Source: Callorhinchus milii (Eukaryota). Taken from it: 64,000 nucleotides of DNA. This document shows, piece by piece, positions 36,301 through 49,340 of the stretch (positions within the stretch are counted from its first letter, which is position 1; the number at the start of each line of letters is the position of its first letter). Made by a program: the position numbers and the translations under genes. Under the pieces are notes generated by a model, which saw only the letters and a program-made list of their open reading frames with translations, made no database searches and was not told where the DNA came from. The stretch lies in the NCBI RefSeq assembly GCF_018977255.1, contig NW_024704742.1, positions 122,018,001-122,082,000 on the forward strand, given 5' to 3'.

Positions 36301-37399
36301 AGAGACTTGTTAAAGATTTGCATCTCTGAAAGTCTAAGAAAATTATTTATCTTTTATAAACTATGATTTCTTTTTTCTCTTGATGCATTTTCACATTGAT
36401 GTTGCAATGCGATGATATGTTAGCAAACTAACTGGCAATAGAGAGGGCGGCAAGCGAACAGCTCTATTGTGGTGTTACATTTCTGTTGCATTATTTATGG
36501 GCTGGTTGGTAGCAGGCAACTGTACTGAACACTGTTCAGTGCTGAAAAGTACAGTTTTAATTGTGTTACAGCACAGAGTTTAGTATTAGGGAGGGTTCGG
36601 AAGCCAGTTTTCCCTGCGTACGACACTGTTTGGTCAGCGTTTAAGATAATATTCTAACAGGCAATCCTAATGGACAAGCATCTAAAGTCCACACCCTACC
36701 CTACCTCTGCAGCCCTACTGTTCCGGCCATACCCTCCACTCCTGTCACACCGGCTTGCTTTATGTCCCTGAAGTGGGGCGAGCTTTCAGCCATTCTGCCT
36801 CCGCTCTCTGGAACTTCATCGCATAATCCCTCTTCGCATAATCCAAGCACACTCCCTCCCCAACTTCAAAACTCACCTTTCTTATTGACTTCACTTTTTG
36901 CCACCCCCATAAGTTTCCCCCATCTCCTATCCCCCCAGTTTGAGCTTTCTGTCAGTTGTATCAAGAGCTTTGAGACGTTCTCCTTACGCAAAAGGTCCTG
37001 TATAAATCTAAACTGTAAATTGTAAAACAGGACTTTTCACTGGAAAATTAATTTATAAAATGAGGAAAACTGGGGCAATGGTGCTGGACTTGCCTGCATT
37101 GCAAGCTGCTATTTCTCCCAGATCCAACAGACAAACAAGGTGCTGTCGGAGCAGAAGTAGTGTGTAAGATGAGTTATTAATCTATGTTAATATGGTGGTG
37201 CCAACAGGCAATTGTCTTGTGGCCATTGCTTGAGTTCTAGCATGGATAGGGTTAAAGTTATCGTCTGAACATTTAGCATTGCCGCCAACCATAGTTCATT
37301 ATGCAAAATATCTCAAATCAGTGGTTCATACAGTTTGCATTTTAACCCGTTGAGTGCTGAATTTACTGTGTCCTGCTCAGTATGTTTTTGACTTTTCCA

Positions 37400-38040
37400 C
37401 ATTTGCCAGGAATAAGGAAATAAGAGTAAGGAAGCTGGAAAGGAACCAAACAGGGAAGTTTCCACCTGTAGGTGATACAGATATATGAAACTCTCATTCT
37501 GGTTTGCATAGTCTTAAGTATGGTGATGGGTTTCTGTTTGTGCCGGACACCAGGCTGACCAAAAATAAGAAAGTGGAATTAATAAAAAAAAGTAACCTGA
37601 AACACAGGCACAGGTGTGATAAATAACAAAAGCAACTTGCATTTATATTGCGCTCCTCATCCAGGACTATGTTGCAGATCGCTTGTTAGGCTAAATGACC
37701 TTCCGGTGTGCTAAACATTGTAGGATTCTGTGCTTGCATTGTAAAATTAAATGTTAAGGAGAGCGTAATGTGAAGAAAACTCAGTCTTTATTATGAGATT
37801 TCTGCAGATGCAATCTCTCATGACTTTTTTTTGGGAGGGTGGTTGGGGGGGGGGGAGTCACCTGGGTGTTTAACACATGTCGATACCCATCACCATGCTT
37901 AAGAGTGTCCAAACCAGACTGAGGGATCCATGCACACTACTAACACATGGAAATTCCCATTTCTGGAATGGAATATCCGCGCTCTCCCTGAAGGGCTGGC
38001 CATTGCTTATCTAATTCCAGAGAGTATTAGACACAGAGGA
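37400..38040. repeat. Inverted pair of an unclassified dispersed repeat
   Basis: ~37497-37532 (TCTGGTTTGCATAGTCTTAAGTATGGTGATGGG) is a diverged reverse complement of ~37886-37920 (CCCATCACCATGCTTAAGAGTGTCCAAACCAGA). Other copies lie at ~27594, ~55580 and ~61583. Confidence 0.7.
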
Positions 38041-39524
38041 CTGACAGAGTATGCATTCGGGTTTAACCAGCCAAAACCACACTGCTTACCATTGAAAGCA
38101 ACTCTCTGTCAAACTAATGAGTTTTAAACCTCAGAAATTACGTAATATGGATGCTTTATCACATATCAGAATCTTTTCTTTCCAAATGTATGTGCTTATC
38201 AATTTTTAAATTAAAATTCTGCCTTATATGTGAGACAATAAACCTTTATTTTATTTCGTCAACAAGACTACTGCAGTAATCTGATTCAGAAATTTAGACA
38301 GCTGGACAAAAAACAGAGGCTCATGCAGGCATATGCAACCCAGCCACCTACGCACACACATCTGCAACTCACAACTCTGCTTGTAAATCAGAGTTGACTA
38401 GCATCAAGCTCTCAGTTTTATGTATTCCCACCTCAGCTCCATTTAATGCCTCTATTTAAGAGACGAATAGGGAGCCAGAAATGCAAATTCTTTCAGGCTG
38501 CCCATAAGATGCAACCTGGGATGGCAGATCCTGTACAGCACACGAGTCTTTATTTGGTCATCTGACAAATGCACTTGCTCACTATTCCTGGCACATTTAA
38601 AGGTGTTTTTAGTCAAACAGCGCATGTAAACATAAGTGCCAGTGTCTGCTTTAGTGATTTTAGAACGTGGAACCTGTACTTCATACAGCCCAAAACCTAA
38701 AGTTAGACAAATTGTGGTTCCAAACCCCTTTCCCCCTCCATAGTATTTTTCCAAAGTGTAACATCGAGGAATGTTTTAGGCTTGCTTCTGTTTGCTGCTA
38801 ATAATAATAATAATATTCCTTACACTTGATACATTGATGCCTTTCACGTTTGGGAAGACACCTCAAAGCAATTCACTGGTTCTCCCATGAAGTGTAGTGA
38901 CTTTGAATTTGAGGGCAAGTGATGCAGCCAATTTGTGAGCAGCAATGTCCCACAAACAGCCACAAAGTGAATGCTGTTTGTTTAAAATGAACAAACGAAT
39001 GGAGGCAAAAAAAATGGAGTAACAAATGGAGACAATATATTGGTAACAAACAAATGGCCAATTTTTTCCCCTGATTCTTGTTGAGTATTTGAATAAGCAG
39101 AATCAATAGTTTTATTCTTTATCTCTAATAGGGGGAAATTAAAATAGTTACAATTTTCAGCATGCATTAACCATATAATTTCTCATTAAACTTCTTGAAA
39201 GATTGTGCACATGATCTGCCGGGTGCTTTACAGAGGGAAGAAAAATCTGTTTTAACACATTGTTGTTAGGACACAGCTCTCCGCAGGGATGGTAGGGTGG
39301 CAATGCAATTGAGGGAACAGGTTAAAACAGCCTAGGCTGTTGCCATAGGGATAAGAGTCAGATCAGTGCTATTGCTGAGATGTCCCATGGATTACAATTC
39401 GTTACAAATAAGAATTTTTTTGTTTGGCAGACTGTTTAAAACAGTCTGCTAGCCCTGGTTATAACTCTGATAAACTCCCAATCTACCATGTACACAACTT
39501 ATTATTATCATTATTCCTTGAGAA

Positions 39525-39998
39525 AACAACAACAAAATTACATTTGTAGAGCGCCTTTCACGTCTGGAGGACGTCCCAAAGCGCTGAACTGTCAGGTGTC
39601 GGGGCCCGAGCATGGGGGAGGGGAGGTGTAGGGGTGAGGGAAAGCAGAGAGGTGGGAGGGCAACCAAAGGCACGGTCGAAGAGAAGGGTCTTGAGATCGG
39701 CCTTGAAGGAGGCAAGGGAGGAAGCCGAGGCGAAGGGACTGTGGGAAGGAGTTCCTGAGCGTGGGGGCAGAGAGGCTGAAAGCCCGGCCACCGATGGTAG
39801 GGCAGGTAATAGGGAGACATGGAGCAGGCCAGAGCCTGATGAACGGAGGGAGCGGACAGGTTGGTAGGGAGTCAGCAGGTCAGAGAGGTAGGAAGGGGCA
39901 AGGCCGTGGATGGCCTTAAAAATGAGGACGAGGATCTTGAACTCGATCCTCTGGGGCATGGGGAGCCAGTGGAGTCGGGCGAGGGTGTGAGCGATGAG
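39525..39998 (-). mobile_element. L2 LINE 3' fragment
   Basis: ORF 39558-39959 reads PQRIEFKILVLIFKAIHGLAPSYLSDLL; (CAA)n tail. Confidence 0.92.
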
Positions 39999-40954
39999 GT
40001 CAAGAAATCAATAGAAAGTAACTTTGATTTCAAAGCTATTCTGTGTTTTGTTATGTGACTCTCAAAGGTGAAATTAGATAGAAGATCTGGAATATTTATT
40101 TTCTTTTGAGGGGATATTTATTTTTACTTCTCCCCCTCCCACCCCTACAATATTTTTCTCTTCTGTAATCTTTGAGAACAATGCACGACTGAGAAGTCAA
40201 ATGAATAATTTTCTCCCAGGCTTCCTCCATTGCCACTACTCGCTGCTTGCTAGGAGGTGTCCAGGGCAGCCCAGCAGTAACTCTCTGATTTCTCTCACCC
40301 TGTGCTGATGAGGTACTTGGTCTCCTGTTGTCATCTGCCCACTCTGATCTGGCTGAAATGGTAAACTCAACAGAGTAGAGAATGAAGCAGCACTGTGCTG
40401 CTGTGACGTACCACACTGCTGCAATTGGTCTGTTTTTCTTATCTAATACGCTCTGGGCTCTCCTGTCAATTTCACTCCATATAGAGCTAACCAACCAGTG
40501 ATGCTGCAATAGACTTGCAGCCACAGCAGATCTATCCGTGCACGGCAATCTTTGATTTGTTGGGTTTCAGAACTGAATATTCAACAAGACCAGAGCAAAT
40601 GAGGAATATTTATTTCACGAGATCCCAATATTGGAGTGGACAAAGAAGGCCATCCAATCTCACCCCTCCAGAATATCCACTCTACCATTCCCTCGTCGCT
40701 ACATCAAGTGGCTTTTTAACTGTCTCCCCCCACACACACACCTCCCTGAAATTACAATACCCTTTCATGAGGACCATGTATCTATTTTACTTAGTCGAGC
40801 TTCATTAACTCAAAAAATCAACATTGACTCAAAGGAGGTCCATTCATATTGTAACAAAGTACAACTAACTATAGTAATAGCAAAATAAGATTGATTGCAT
40901 ACCAAGTGTCGTTGATCTCATCTAATAGATATCTAGTTATTAGGAATATACACT

Positions 40955-41254
40955 ATAATAATATAATCCTTGCATTTGATATAGCATCTTATCTTTTGGA
41001 TGTCGCAAAGCGCTTCACAGAATATACAGTAAAGTGAATTGTTTGTATATTTTGTGGGCAAAACAGCAATACCCCACAAACAGTCATGGATTGAGTTACC
41101 AAATGTTTTTTTTGGAAGGGATTATTAACCCTGAAAAACCAATTCCCCAATCGACTAACAACCGAGTTCCTACTGACTACTAGGTAAACAGAGACGTGTG
41201 GAGTAAGGAAATTTGCCCAACGTTTTGTCCTGCCCAGGAATCAAACCCAGGTCT
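40955..41254 (-). mobile_element. tRNA-Deu SINE, long subtype, head truncated
   Basis: B box, internal segment and tail are present. Confidence 0.85.
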
Positions 41255-41326
41255 ATTTATAGAAGACATTTCGCTAACATCAATTGATTGTCGTTGTATT
41301 TAATAATAAGAATAATTCTTATTATT

Positions 41327-41550
41327 AAATAATTGTTAATAATAATTCCTCCAAAACCAAAAATAATAATAAATTGGTCATTTTCAATCTACGACTGTTT
41401 GTGGGACATTGCTGTGCGCAATTGGCTGCCGCGTTCGCCCACAAATATAGTCAATTCACTTTACAGTGTGTTCTGTGAAGCGCTTTGGGATGTCCTCCCG
41501 ACGTGAAAAGCGCTATATCAAATGCAAGGATTATTATTATTATTATTATT
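41327..41550 (+). mobile_element. Young SINE, 3' two-thirds (short subtype)
   Basis: Near-identical to ~4730-4927, with a (TTA)n tail. Confidence 0.92.
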
Positions 41551-41621
41551 TAAAGAATAGCTGGACTTTGATTAAAATGGATGATCTGATAAATGGACCA
41601 ATTACATATCCTCATACAATT

Positions 41622-41785
41622 TAAACAAAACACAAAATACTGCAGGTGCTGGAAATCTGAAACAAAAACAGGAGTCGCTGGGAACACTCTGCAGGTCAGG
41701 CAACATCTATGGAGAAAGGAAAGTGAGTCAACGTTACGGGTCTATGACACTGCTGAGAGTTCCCAGCGACTTCTACTTTTGGTCC
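41622..41785 (+). mobile_element. Chondrichthyan Penelope-like terminal repeat fragment
   Basis: AAATACTGCAGGTGCTGGAAATCTGAAACAAAAACAGGAGTCGCTGGGAACACTC with an internal inverted match GAGTTCCCAGCGACTTCT. Related pieces at ~43865-43935 (-) and ~50100-50200 (+). The family assignment is from memory. Confidence 0.55.
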
Positions 41786-42317
41786 CCATACAATTTAACA
41801 GGCTTCAACAATAATGCTCTCTCAATGCACAATAATCTACTGTACACAGTTGCCAGGATCCCAGGCAGTTATTTGCAGTGATCTGTTGATAAAATATAAA
41901 GGTAACGTATACCTATTTACCTTTTGCCCTTTGATTTTGCCAATCCTTTTGAAAGTGTGGTAGGTGAAGGGAGCCTCTTCTATAGTTTTTTCTGATGGTT
42001 CCTGGGAGAGATTGATCTTTTATCCCAACCACAGAGGGGAAATATTCTCTCAAAGCTTACTGAGCTGTGATATTGAATTCCTAAGTCAAGTACAAGAGTA
42101 TTTTACCTACTAAGGGTACAGTAAATCTGCGGCTTTATCCCGTGTAGAAATGTAAAGCAATCAGAAACCAAGGCCAATTCTGTGCAGAGATTGAACTGGG
42201 AGTGTTAGATGTAGAAATACAAGCAGAAACAGTTGTGTTTTGTTTTCTGTCTGCAGCAAAGTAATTCATAATGTGAAGCACAAAGCAAATACTTCCGAGA
42301 TTTGCTCATTGTAAAGG

Positions 42318-42790
42318 TGTCAGCTTGATTTAGTTGGTAGCTCGCGCTCTCACCTCGTAGATCAGAAGGTTTCGTGTTCAAGCCACATGTTGGGATTGAG
42401 CTCATAGTCTAGACTGCATCACAGTGTAGTAATTGAGGGAGTGCTGCACTGTTGGAGATACGATCCTTCAGATGAGGTGTTAAACATCTGGCCATTTGTG
42501 GGACATTAGTGTGCCAAATTGACTGCTATGTTTACCTACAAAATGCATAGCCACAATTTCAGTAAATTCTATGAAGCGCTTTGAGACATCCTCCTGATGT
42601 CAAAGGCTCTATGTAAAAAGCCAGGATTATTATGATAAACCATATATTTGTTCAGGATGGCCATTATATATCCTATGATACCAGTTCAAAAGATAAAGGG
42701 AGTTTCTCGTAGTGTCCTGGCCAATGATTCTCCAGAGAAAATTAAAATTTGCTTCATGGTTGTTTGTTTTGTCTAAATGTAAGTTGTTAT
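42318..42790 (+). mobile_element. Older Deu-domain SINE(s), rearranged
   Basis: Head GTGTCAGCTTGATTTAGTTGGTAGC, Deu core and tail, followed by a second partial core. Confidence 0.65.
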
Positions 42791-45700
42791 TGTTGTTGAG
42801 TTTGCCTAAGAATACGCAGTAGAATTTCCCTGAGAAATGCTTTGAGACCGTGTGGCATTATAAATGCTTCATTAAATGCAAGGATTATTATAATTATGTT
42901 GTCATTCTCTTGTAACCCACCTCTGCCCACCCCATCATCCCCACCAATCCTGGTTGCTTAATCTAATTGAACACATTATAATGCGTTTTTTGGGTTCAAA
43001 CCTCATGTTGGCACTTGAACTCTAAACTGACACCACTCCAGTGAGGTGCTGGGGGAGCCCTGCATTGTTCGGTGTTGTGTTCTTTGGATAAGATATTCAA
43101 TTGAGGTCTTATCCTCAGGCTTTACGATCTCATGACAGAACACAACTTTTCACTCCCTCCTTTGACCATGCTTTCAGTCATCTTTCCCCACCCCACTCTC
43201 CTCGGCTCCTACCCCCAGCTTGTGTGCGAAGCCAGTTAAGCGCTTTGAGGCGCTCCCCTATCCTGAAAGCCTCTATATAAATGTAAATTTGTATTGTGTT
43301 GTTAAATGGAAATGGAGGTTGTTCTGGCTCATAATTCACCAGATTAAGTGGTCATTCACCTCATCTTTTTGTGGGTCTGTGTTGTGTACAAAACGCTGCC
43401 GCTTTTACCTATCTACAAAATATTCTACATTTGACAATGAATACTGCAAAGCATTGTGAGCTATTCTGCTTTGGTTGCTCGTCTGCTTATTCAGTTAGAT
43501 GTTAAAGATCCTATGACACTATTTGAAAAGAGAAGGGAGTTTCTCACAGTGACCTGGCCACAATCCCCCAAATAAAAACAATCATTCACTTCAAGGATGT
43601 TTATGGGACATTACTGTACATAGATTAGCTGCTGGGATTGCCTGCAAAAAGACAGTCATTACACTTTACAGTAAATCCTGTGTAAATCCTTGAGATGCTT
43701 TGAAAGTACTTTATCAAATGTAAGGATTATTATTAATAAACTCCCTTTAATGGTATTTTGTATTCTGTTAATGGCCCATTGGTGTAAACATTAATCAACT
43801 TTCTGCGAATGCATTTTTACCCTTGTTATTTCTATACCTGGCTTTACCCAGCCCACAGTTTCCGATTGACTTGCAGTGGATTTCCAGCATTACTGTTATT
43901 TTTTCACATTTCCAGCATTCAGATTTGCAGTTTTTCTACCAATACTGTTAAACAATTTACAGCAATATGCTCAACATAAAGCAGTTTAATTCATAATATA
44001 TCTGGATAGAAAAAAAATCGTTGCAAAATTAATCTGTCTAATGTTGACATTCATAGGAACACAAAAAATATTATACCGAGATTTTGTTGTGAGAAAGCAG
44101 TATAATTTTCCAATGACATCTCATTTGATGTGGCTTAGCAAATAACCATAGAATTAAAAAAAATGTACAATAGGCTTTGCATTTTGGATTATTATCGTCT
44201 CCAGCTGCTAGTTGTTAAAGGTCACAGTAGTTTGGAAATCTCAGCTTTTTTGATGAACGTGTGGAGAATGGAAATGTTGTATGATGCAGGAAAGGATAAC
44301 GTACTGAGGTTTCAGTTGAGGCTGTATTGACGTAATATTGATCGAGGAGTGCTTTATACTGGCAGCAGTAGCAGACAGACATAATGTAGAAAAATACCAC
44401 TTAATGAATGCAAAATTATTGGGTATTGTGCACAATATATTAGCACGAGAACCTTTAACAGGAAATCCAGTCATGAGGTACAACGTCATTGCTTCGGTTG
44501 TCTTAAGGTAATTTTAATGTTTGTAAAGAAAGGAGCACATTGTCTTTCTTTAAAATCTTATCGACTCAATTTATTCTGCTGGACGTGATTAGATATCCAG
44601 CAATAAACCAATATGAAACCTGATTCATATATTTCCTAATTCTATTCCTAAGTCTGGCCAGGGCTTTCTGCTTTTGTGCAATTGAGTGTATGCCCTCCCA
44701 CAAACCAATGCTGAACCTGTGATTTTCTCAGGGAAAGATATGAAAATAAAAGGTATTTCTACATTTTATATTGCTGTCTTCAAACGTGGATTGAAGAAAA
44801 AATATACAGTCAGCTGAAGTGAGTGGTTACAATATTTTGACAATGAGCTCATGTTTTGATAGCACTGAATGATCTACCGATCAATCAGATGGTGGAATTG
44901 TTCAAAACATTTCTTGCAGGTATTCTTGAATTTAACAAAGTAAGAGGGATATATTCACTGTAATCATTATTCATTTGTTTAGGGACTGCCACAATAGAGA
45001 AACGGCAGCACAATTCTCAGCACTTTAGCTGAAAAGGGATAAATAATATACAGGAACTACTAGTGCTGGAACCATGGGTTATTTCATGCAGAGGTTTTTG
45101 AGAACTTGAAATGCTTTGTCACAAATCTCCTGCTGAGGCTGAGACCAGAACACTTAAAAGGTTATTCGATAAATATTGGAAGACCAACAGTATGAAAAGA
45201 GTATGGGAAAGGGAAACGAATTGGTCTTAGACTGCAATAAAGGAGGTGGCATAAGCAAAGACATAACAACAGCAACAACAAAAACAGCAATATGAATTTA
45301 TATGGGGTAGCGCCTCAGTGCCCAATGGGATTTTATTTACCCTCATGTAAAATAAATCCTTCTCGTGTTGATGGTAATCTCAGATTTTTCAAACAAAATC
45401 GACTGGAAACAATTTTATTGAGGTGTGTCTCCATAACCGATTACATTTTGTTCTCATTTGAAAAGCGCTGTGCCATTAATATTGTTCCTTTGGGGTATAT
45501 TCACGGATCAGCCCAAACTCTTTACACTGGTGGTAAAGTCAGTCTGACATCAGCCACATTAAACAAAGGCATTATCCTTCTCAAAGTTGAACTTTTGGCC
45601 AAGATCATGAGCTGGCATGATGAGAAACAACGTCTAGCCATGATATGAATGTGTTTTTTGCATAATAAAAACCGTTGATCATAGATCTTCGATTGAAAAG

Positions 45701-46334
45701 AGCAATTCTAAGTCAGCCAAAGTATTGTGCGCTTTTTGTGTTGTAATGCGTACAGTCCCCTTACATTAATAAAGTGGCAGATTCTTAACAATGGCTCCAT
45801 CTATAGCGGGTGAAAAATGGAAAAGAAAAGTATGATCGCTATGTTTACAGTTGATGTTTAGTTATTTGTTGCGTCATTTACAATTGAGAGCATTAGGGAC
45901 ACAGAAAGAGTCAATAAAAATTGCTGGAGTTGTCCAGTTTTAAAATTCCAGTCCCGGAAAGCATTTGAGGGACACATCTCATAAAACCATAGATATTTGT
46001 GGCAGAGAAGCAGGCCATTTGGCCCATTGTGTTTGTGCTGTCTCAAACAATATTATTATAATTATACCTACATTTGATATAGCATCTTATCACATTGTTG
46101 AGGCATCACAAAGCGATTTTGCTCTATGTGACAGGATTTTACTGTAAAGTGTAATGATTTGTTTTTTGTATGTGAGCCGGCAATTTGCATACAGCAATGT
46201 CGCACAAACAGCCATGAAGTGAATGACCAAATTATAACTTGTCAAATTATAACAATTATAATATAGGCCAGGACACCAGGCCACTGAGACCAAGTTTGGC
46301 AGTCTATCTGCAATCCCCATGTGAGATCAACACC

Positions 46335-46667
46335 AATAATAATAATAATAATAATAATAATCCTTGCATTTGATATAGCGCTTTTCACGTCGGGAGGACG
46401 TCCCAAAGCGCTTCACAGAACACACTGTAAAGTGAATTGACTGTATATTTGTGGGCGAACGCGGCAGCCAATTGCGCACAGCAATGTCCCACAAACAGTC
46501 GTAGATTGAAAATGACCAATTTATTATTGTTTTTGGTTTTGGAGGGATTATTATTAGGCTCTGTGTGGAGTAAGGAAACTTGCCCAAGGTTTCGCCCTCT
46601 GCCTGGAATTGAACTCAGGTCTCTCACTTGCAAAGCGAGTGCTCTAACCACTGAGCTACAGGACTCC
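46335..46667 (-). mobile_element. Young full-length tRNA-Deu-L2 SINE (short subtype)
   Basis: Intact A/B boxes, long pure (TTA)n tail, near identity to 4619-4927. Confidence 0.95.
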
Positions 46668-47994
46668 ACAATAACTTCATAACTGCAATTTACGTAGCGC
46701 CTTTCACGTTGGATAGTGTCTTGAAGTGCTTCTGTGTTGGGAGGCTGAGCAAGAGCAAGGAAGATGATTGTAGGTGTAATTGAAGACTAGAGAATTTTAC
46801 GCAGGATTTAAAGACAGAGAGAGGGGGTGAGATGGAAGGTTCGAGGGAGGTAGTTGCAAACAGTGAGATTATAGTTTCTGAAGGCTTAGCCATCTAAATC
46901 AAAGAATCGAATCGCAAAGTCATCAGATCAATGTTGCTCGCAGATCAATATGAATGGTATGGCCTTATATCAACCAGGACCCTTTAGGAGTTGAGATCAA
47001 AACTGCAAGGCAATTGAGTTAATAGCTGTAAAGGAATCTACTGCATGGAAATAAGAAAGGACATTTGATGCACTTTATGGCTTTTTATAGGACATTGCCT
47101 TGAGTGAATTAACTGCCACATTTGCCTACAAAACGCACAGTCACTACACTTCACAGAAAAACTCTTTGAAATACCTTGAGATATTTTGACGTGAAAAAGT
47201 GCTGTATCAGATACAAAGATTTTTTTATTTTTACCAGTGAAACAGTAGAACACGACTGTCAGCAATCCCACTTTCTAACTTATTGCTGTCAGCCACTTAA
47301 GGGTCTGAAATGCTGTACTCTGTCCAGCGCCTTGGGACGTTTTCTCCTGAGTTGAAAGGCACTATACAAATCTAATCTTGTTGTTGTTGTTGTTGTAAGA
47401 TATCCAATGGCAAATTAGAAGAAATTATCTATTAGCACGTGAACATCTAGAAATGGACCACTTGACCTCCTTTTACAAGTTCCGCCTTTCATTTCAGGAA
47501 GCCCTCCAAAAATTCATCTTACAAGAGTGTGTTTTTCAAGGGTTTACATAAGGAATGGAGGACATTAATGGAATCTGTCACAATAAGTTCCAATGTCATC
47601 AGGGCATCAAATCCCAAAGCAGAAGTAGTCAGGGTGGTCAGGTATCCAATGTTGCCAATGGAAGAAAAACGTTTCAACAACCTGAAATCAACAGCTAGTG
47701 TCGAGATGGTATAAAAACTGAGGATAGGCTTTAACCTAGAAAACCCTGTTACCTTGTGGCAATATGGGATTCACCCCCCCCACCCCACACACACATTGGC
47801 TTTGGCACACTGCATATCACTTGATGGAATCTCCAGGCCAAAAAACTGCCCAGAATGTGAACACTGGCATTAGTGTGCAGCAAACGACGATACCGAGTGA
47901 AGTAAATCTGTGTTCCTTTCTCCTGCTCTGAAATTGCTGCCTTTAGATTCCATGAGACCAGCACTGTAAATATCAACAACAGCAAAATTACATT

Positions 47995-48612
47995 TATGTG
48001 TAACCACCCGCCTGGATTACTTGAACGGACACCTCGCCGGTCTCCCCAGCTCCATTATTTAAAAAATCTCAGCTCATTCAGAACTCTGCTGCCCGCATAC
48101 TTACCTGGACCTCAGCGCCTTGGGACGTCCTCCCGACGTGAAAGGCGCTATATAAATGTAATCTTGTTGTTGTTGGACCAAACTCTGTACCCACCTCACC
48201 AGTTCTGGCCAGGCTCCACTGACTCCCATCACCGAATGGATCGACTTCAAGAGCCTCACACTCGTGTTCAAATCCCTTCACTCTCTGGCACCTCCCTATC
48301 TCTCCAACCTCCTCATTCCTCAATCCTCCACCCGGCGCCTCTGCTCGACTGGTACTGGCTTCCTGCTTGTCCCTTGCACCCTCTGCTCCACCATTGGAGG
48401 TCTCGCATTCAAGCACTATGCCCTGAAGCTCTGGAATACTCAATCCCTCCGCCTTGCCCCCTCTCTCCCCTTTTTCAAGTCCCGCCTTAAAACCTTCATT
48501 TTCGACCGTGCTTACGGTCACCACCCCCCCAGCTTGGAGTCAGACTCCGCCACTGTTAAGTGCTCTGAGACGCTACTCTGAGTGGAGGGTGCTACATAAG
48601 TGAAAGTTGTTG
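47995..48612 (+). mobile_element. L2 3' fragment (second subfamily) with a 62-bp young L2 tail inserted at 48112-48173
   Basis: Homologous to 23290-24130. The insertion is flanked by TGGACC direct repeats (48106-48111 and 48174-48179). Confidence 0.88.
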
Positions 48613-49306
48613 TATATGGCGCCTTTCACCTCAGAAGGACGTCTCAAGGCGCTGAGTGGAAACAGACAGTCGCAATGCAGATAAAAGAAGGAGCAGGAGG
48701 GTTATTGAGCCTAAAAATGATTATCTAATTGTTAAAATATTTATGGTATTTCTTCATGAAATCAATGTGCTAATTGCCACACTGAATCTATAATGAAATA
48801 CCACTAATTCAACCCCATTGTCTTAACTCTGCCTCAATCAGGCTAGGTTATTCTAGTAAAACTCTTTACTATCACATTGTCATAAGTTCTTATAAGTGTT
48901 GGTCACCACTAGGACCCATATACCACAGTCTCCTGTGAATGTGCAATAATGTTAACTCACACAGAATGATCCAGGCATAATACTCATTTCTGTAAAGCAG
49001 GACCAGGGGATAAATATCATGCTTCGAAAGCAATAATCTTAGAACCATAGAAATTTATAGCACAGAAGGGGCTATTCAACTCATCGTGTCTATACTGTCT
49101 CTTTTAAAGAGCAATTCTTTCAGTCTCTTTCACCTGCTATTTCGCTATACCCCTGAAGTTTACTCCTTATTAGATATCTATCTATTTCCCATCTGAAAAC
49201 TAACATGGAATAGGGCACTCTGATGGTGTAAGAATAATCCTTGCATTTGATATAGGGCTCACATAAGGAGGGTGTCTCAAAGTGCTTCACAAGATTTACT
49301 ATAAAG

Positions 49307-49340
49307 CAGGGGTTCTCAAACTGTGGAGTGTGCCTCCCTG
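49307..49340 (+). mobile_element. hAT/Charlie-like terminus (single end)
   Basis: CAGGGGTTCTCAAACTG abruptly follows a SINE tail fragment. I found no matching right end. Confidence 0.45.

Noticed and set aside
44905..44946. Possible micro-exon (TTCTTGCAG|G...AAA|GTAAGA)
   Set aside because: 20 nt, not frame-preserving, weak donor context and no homology support.
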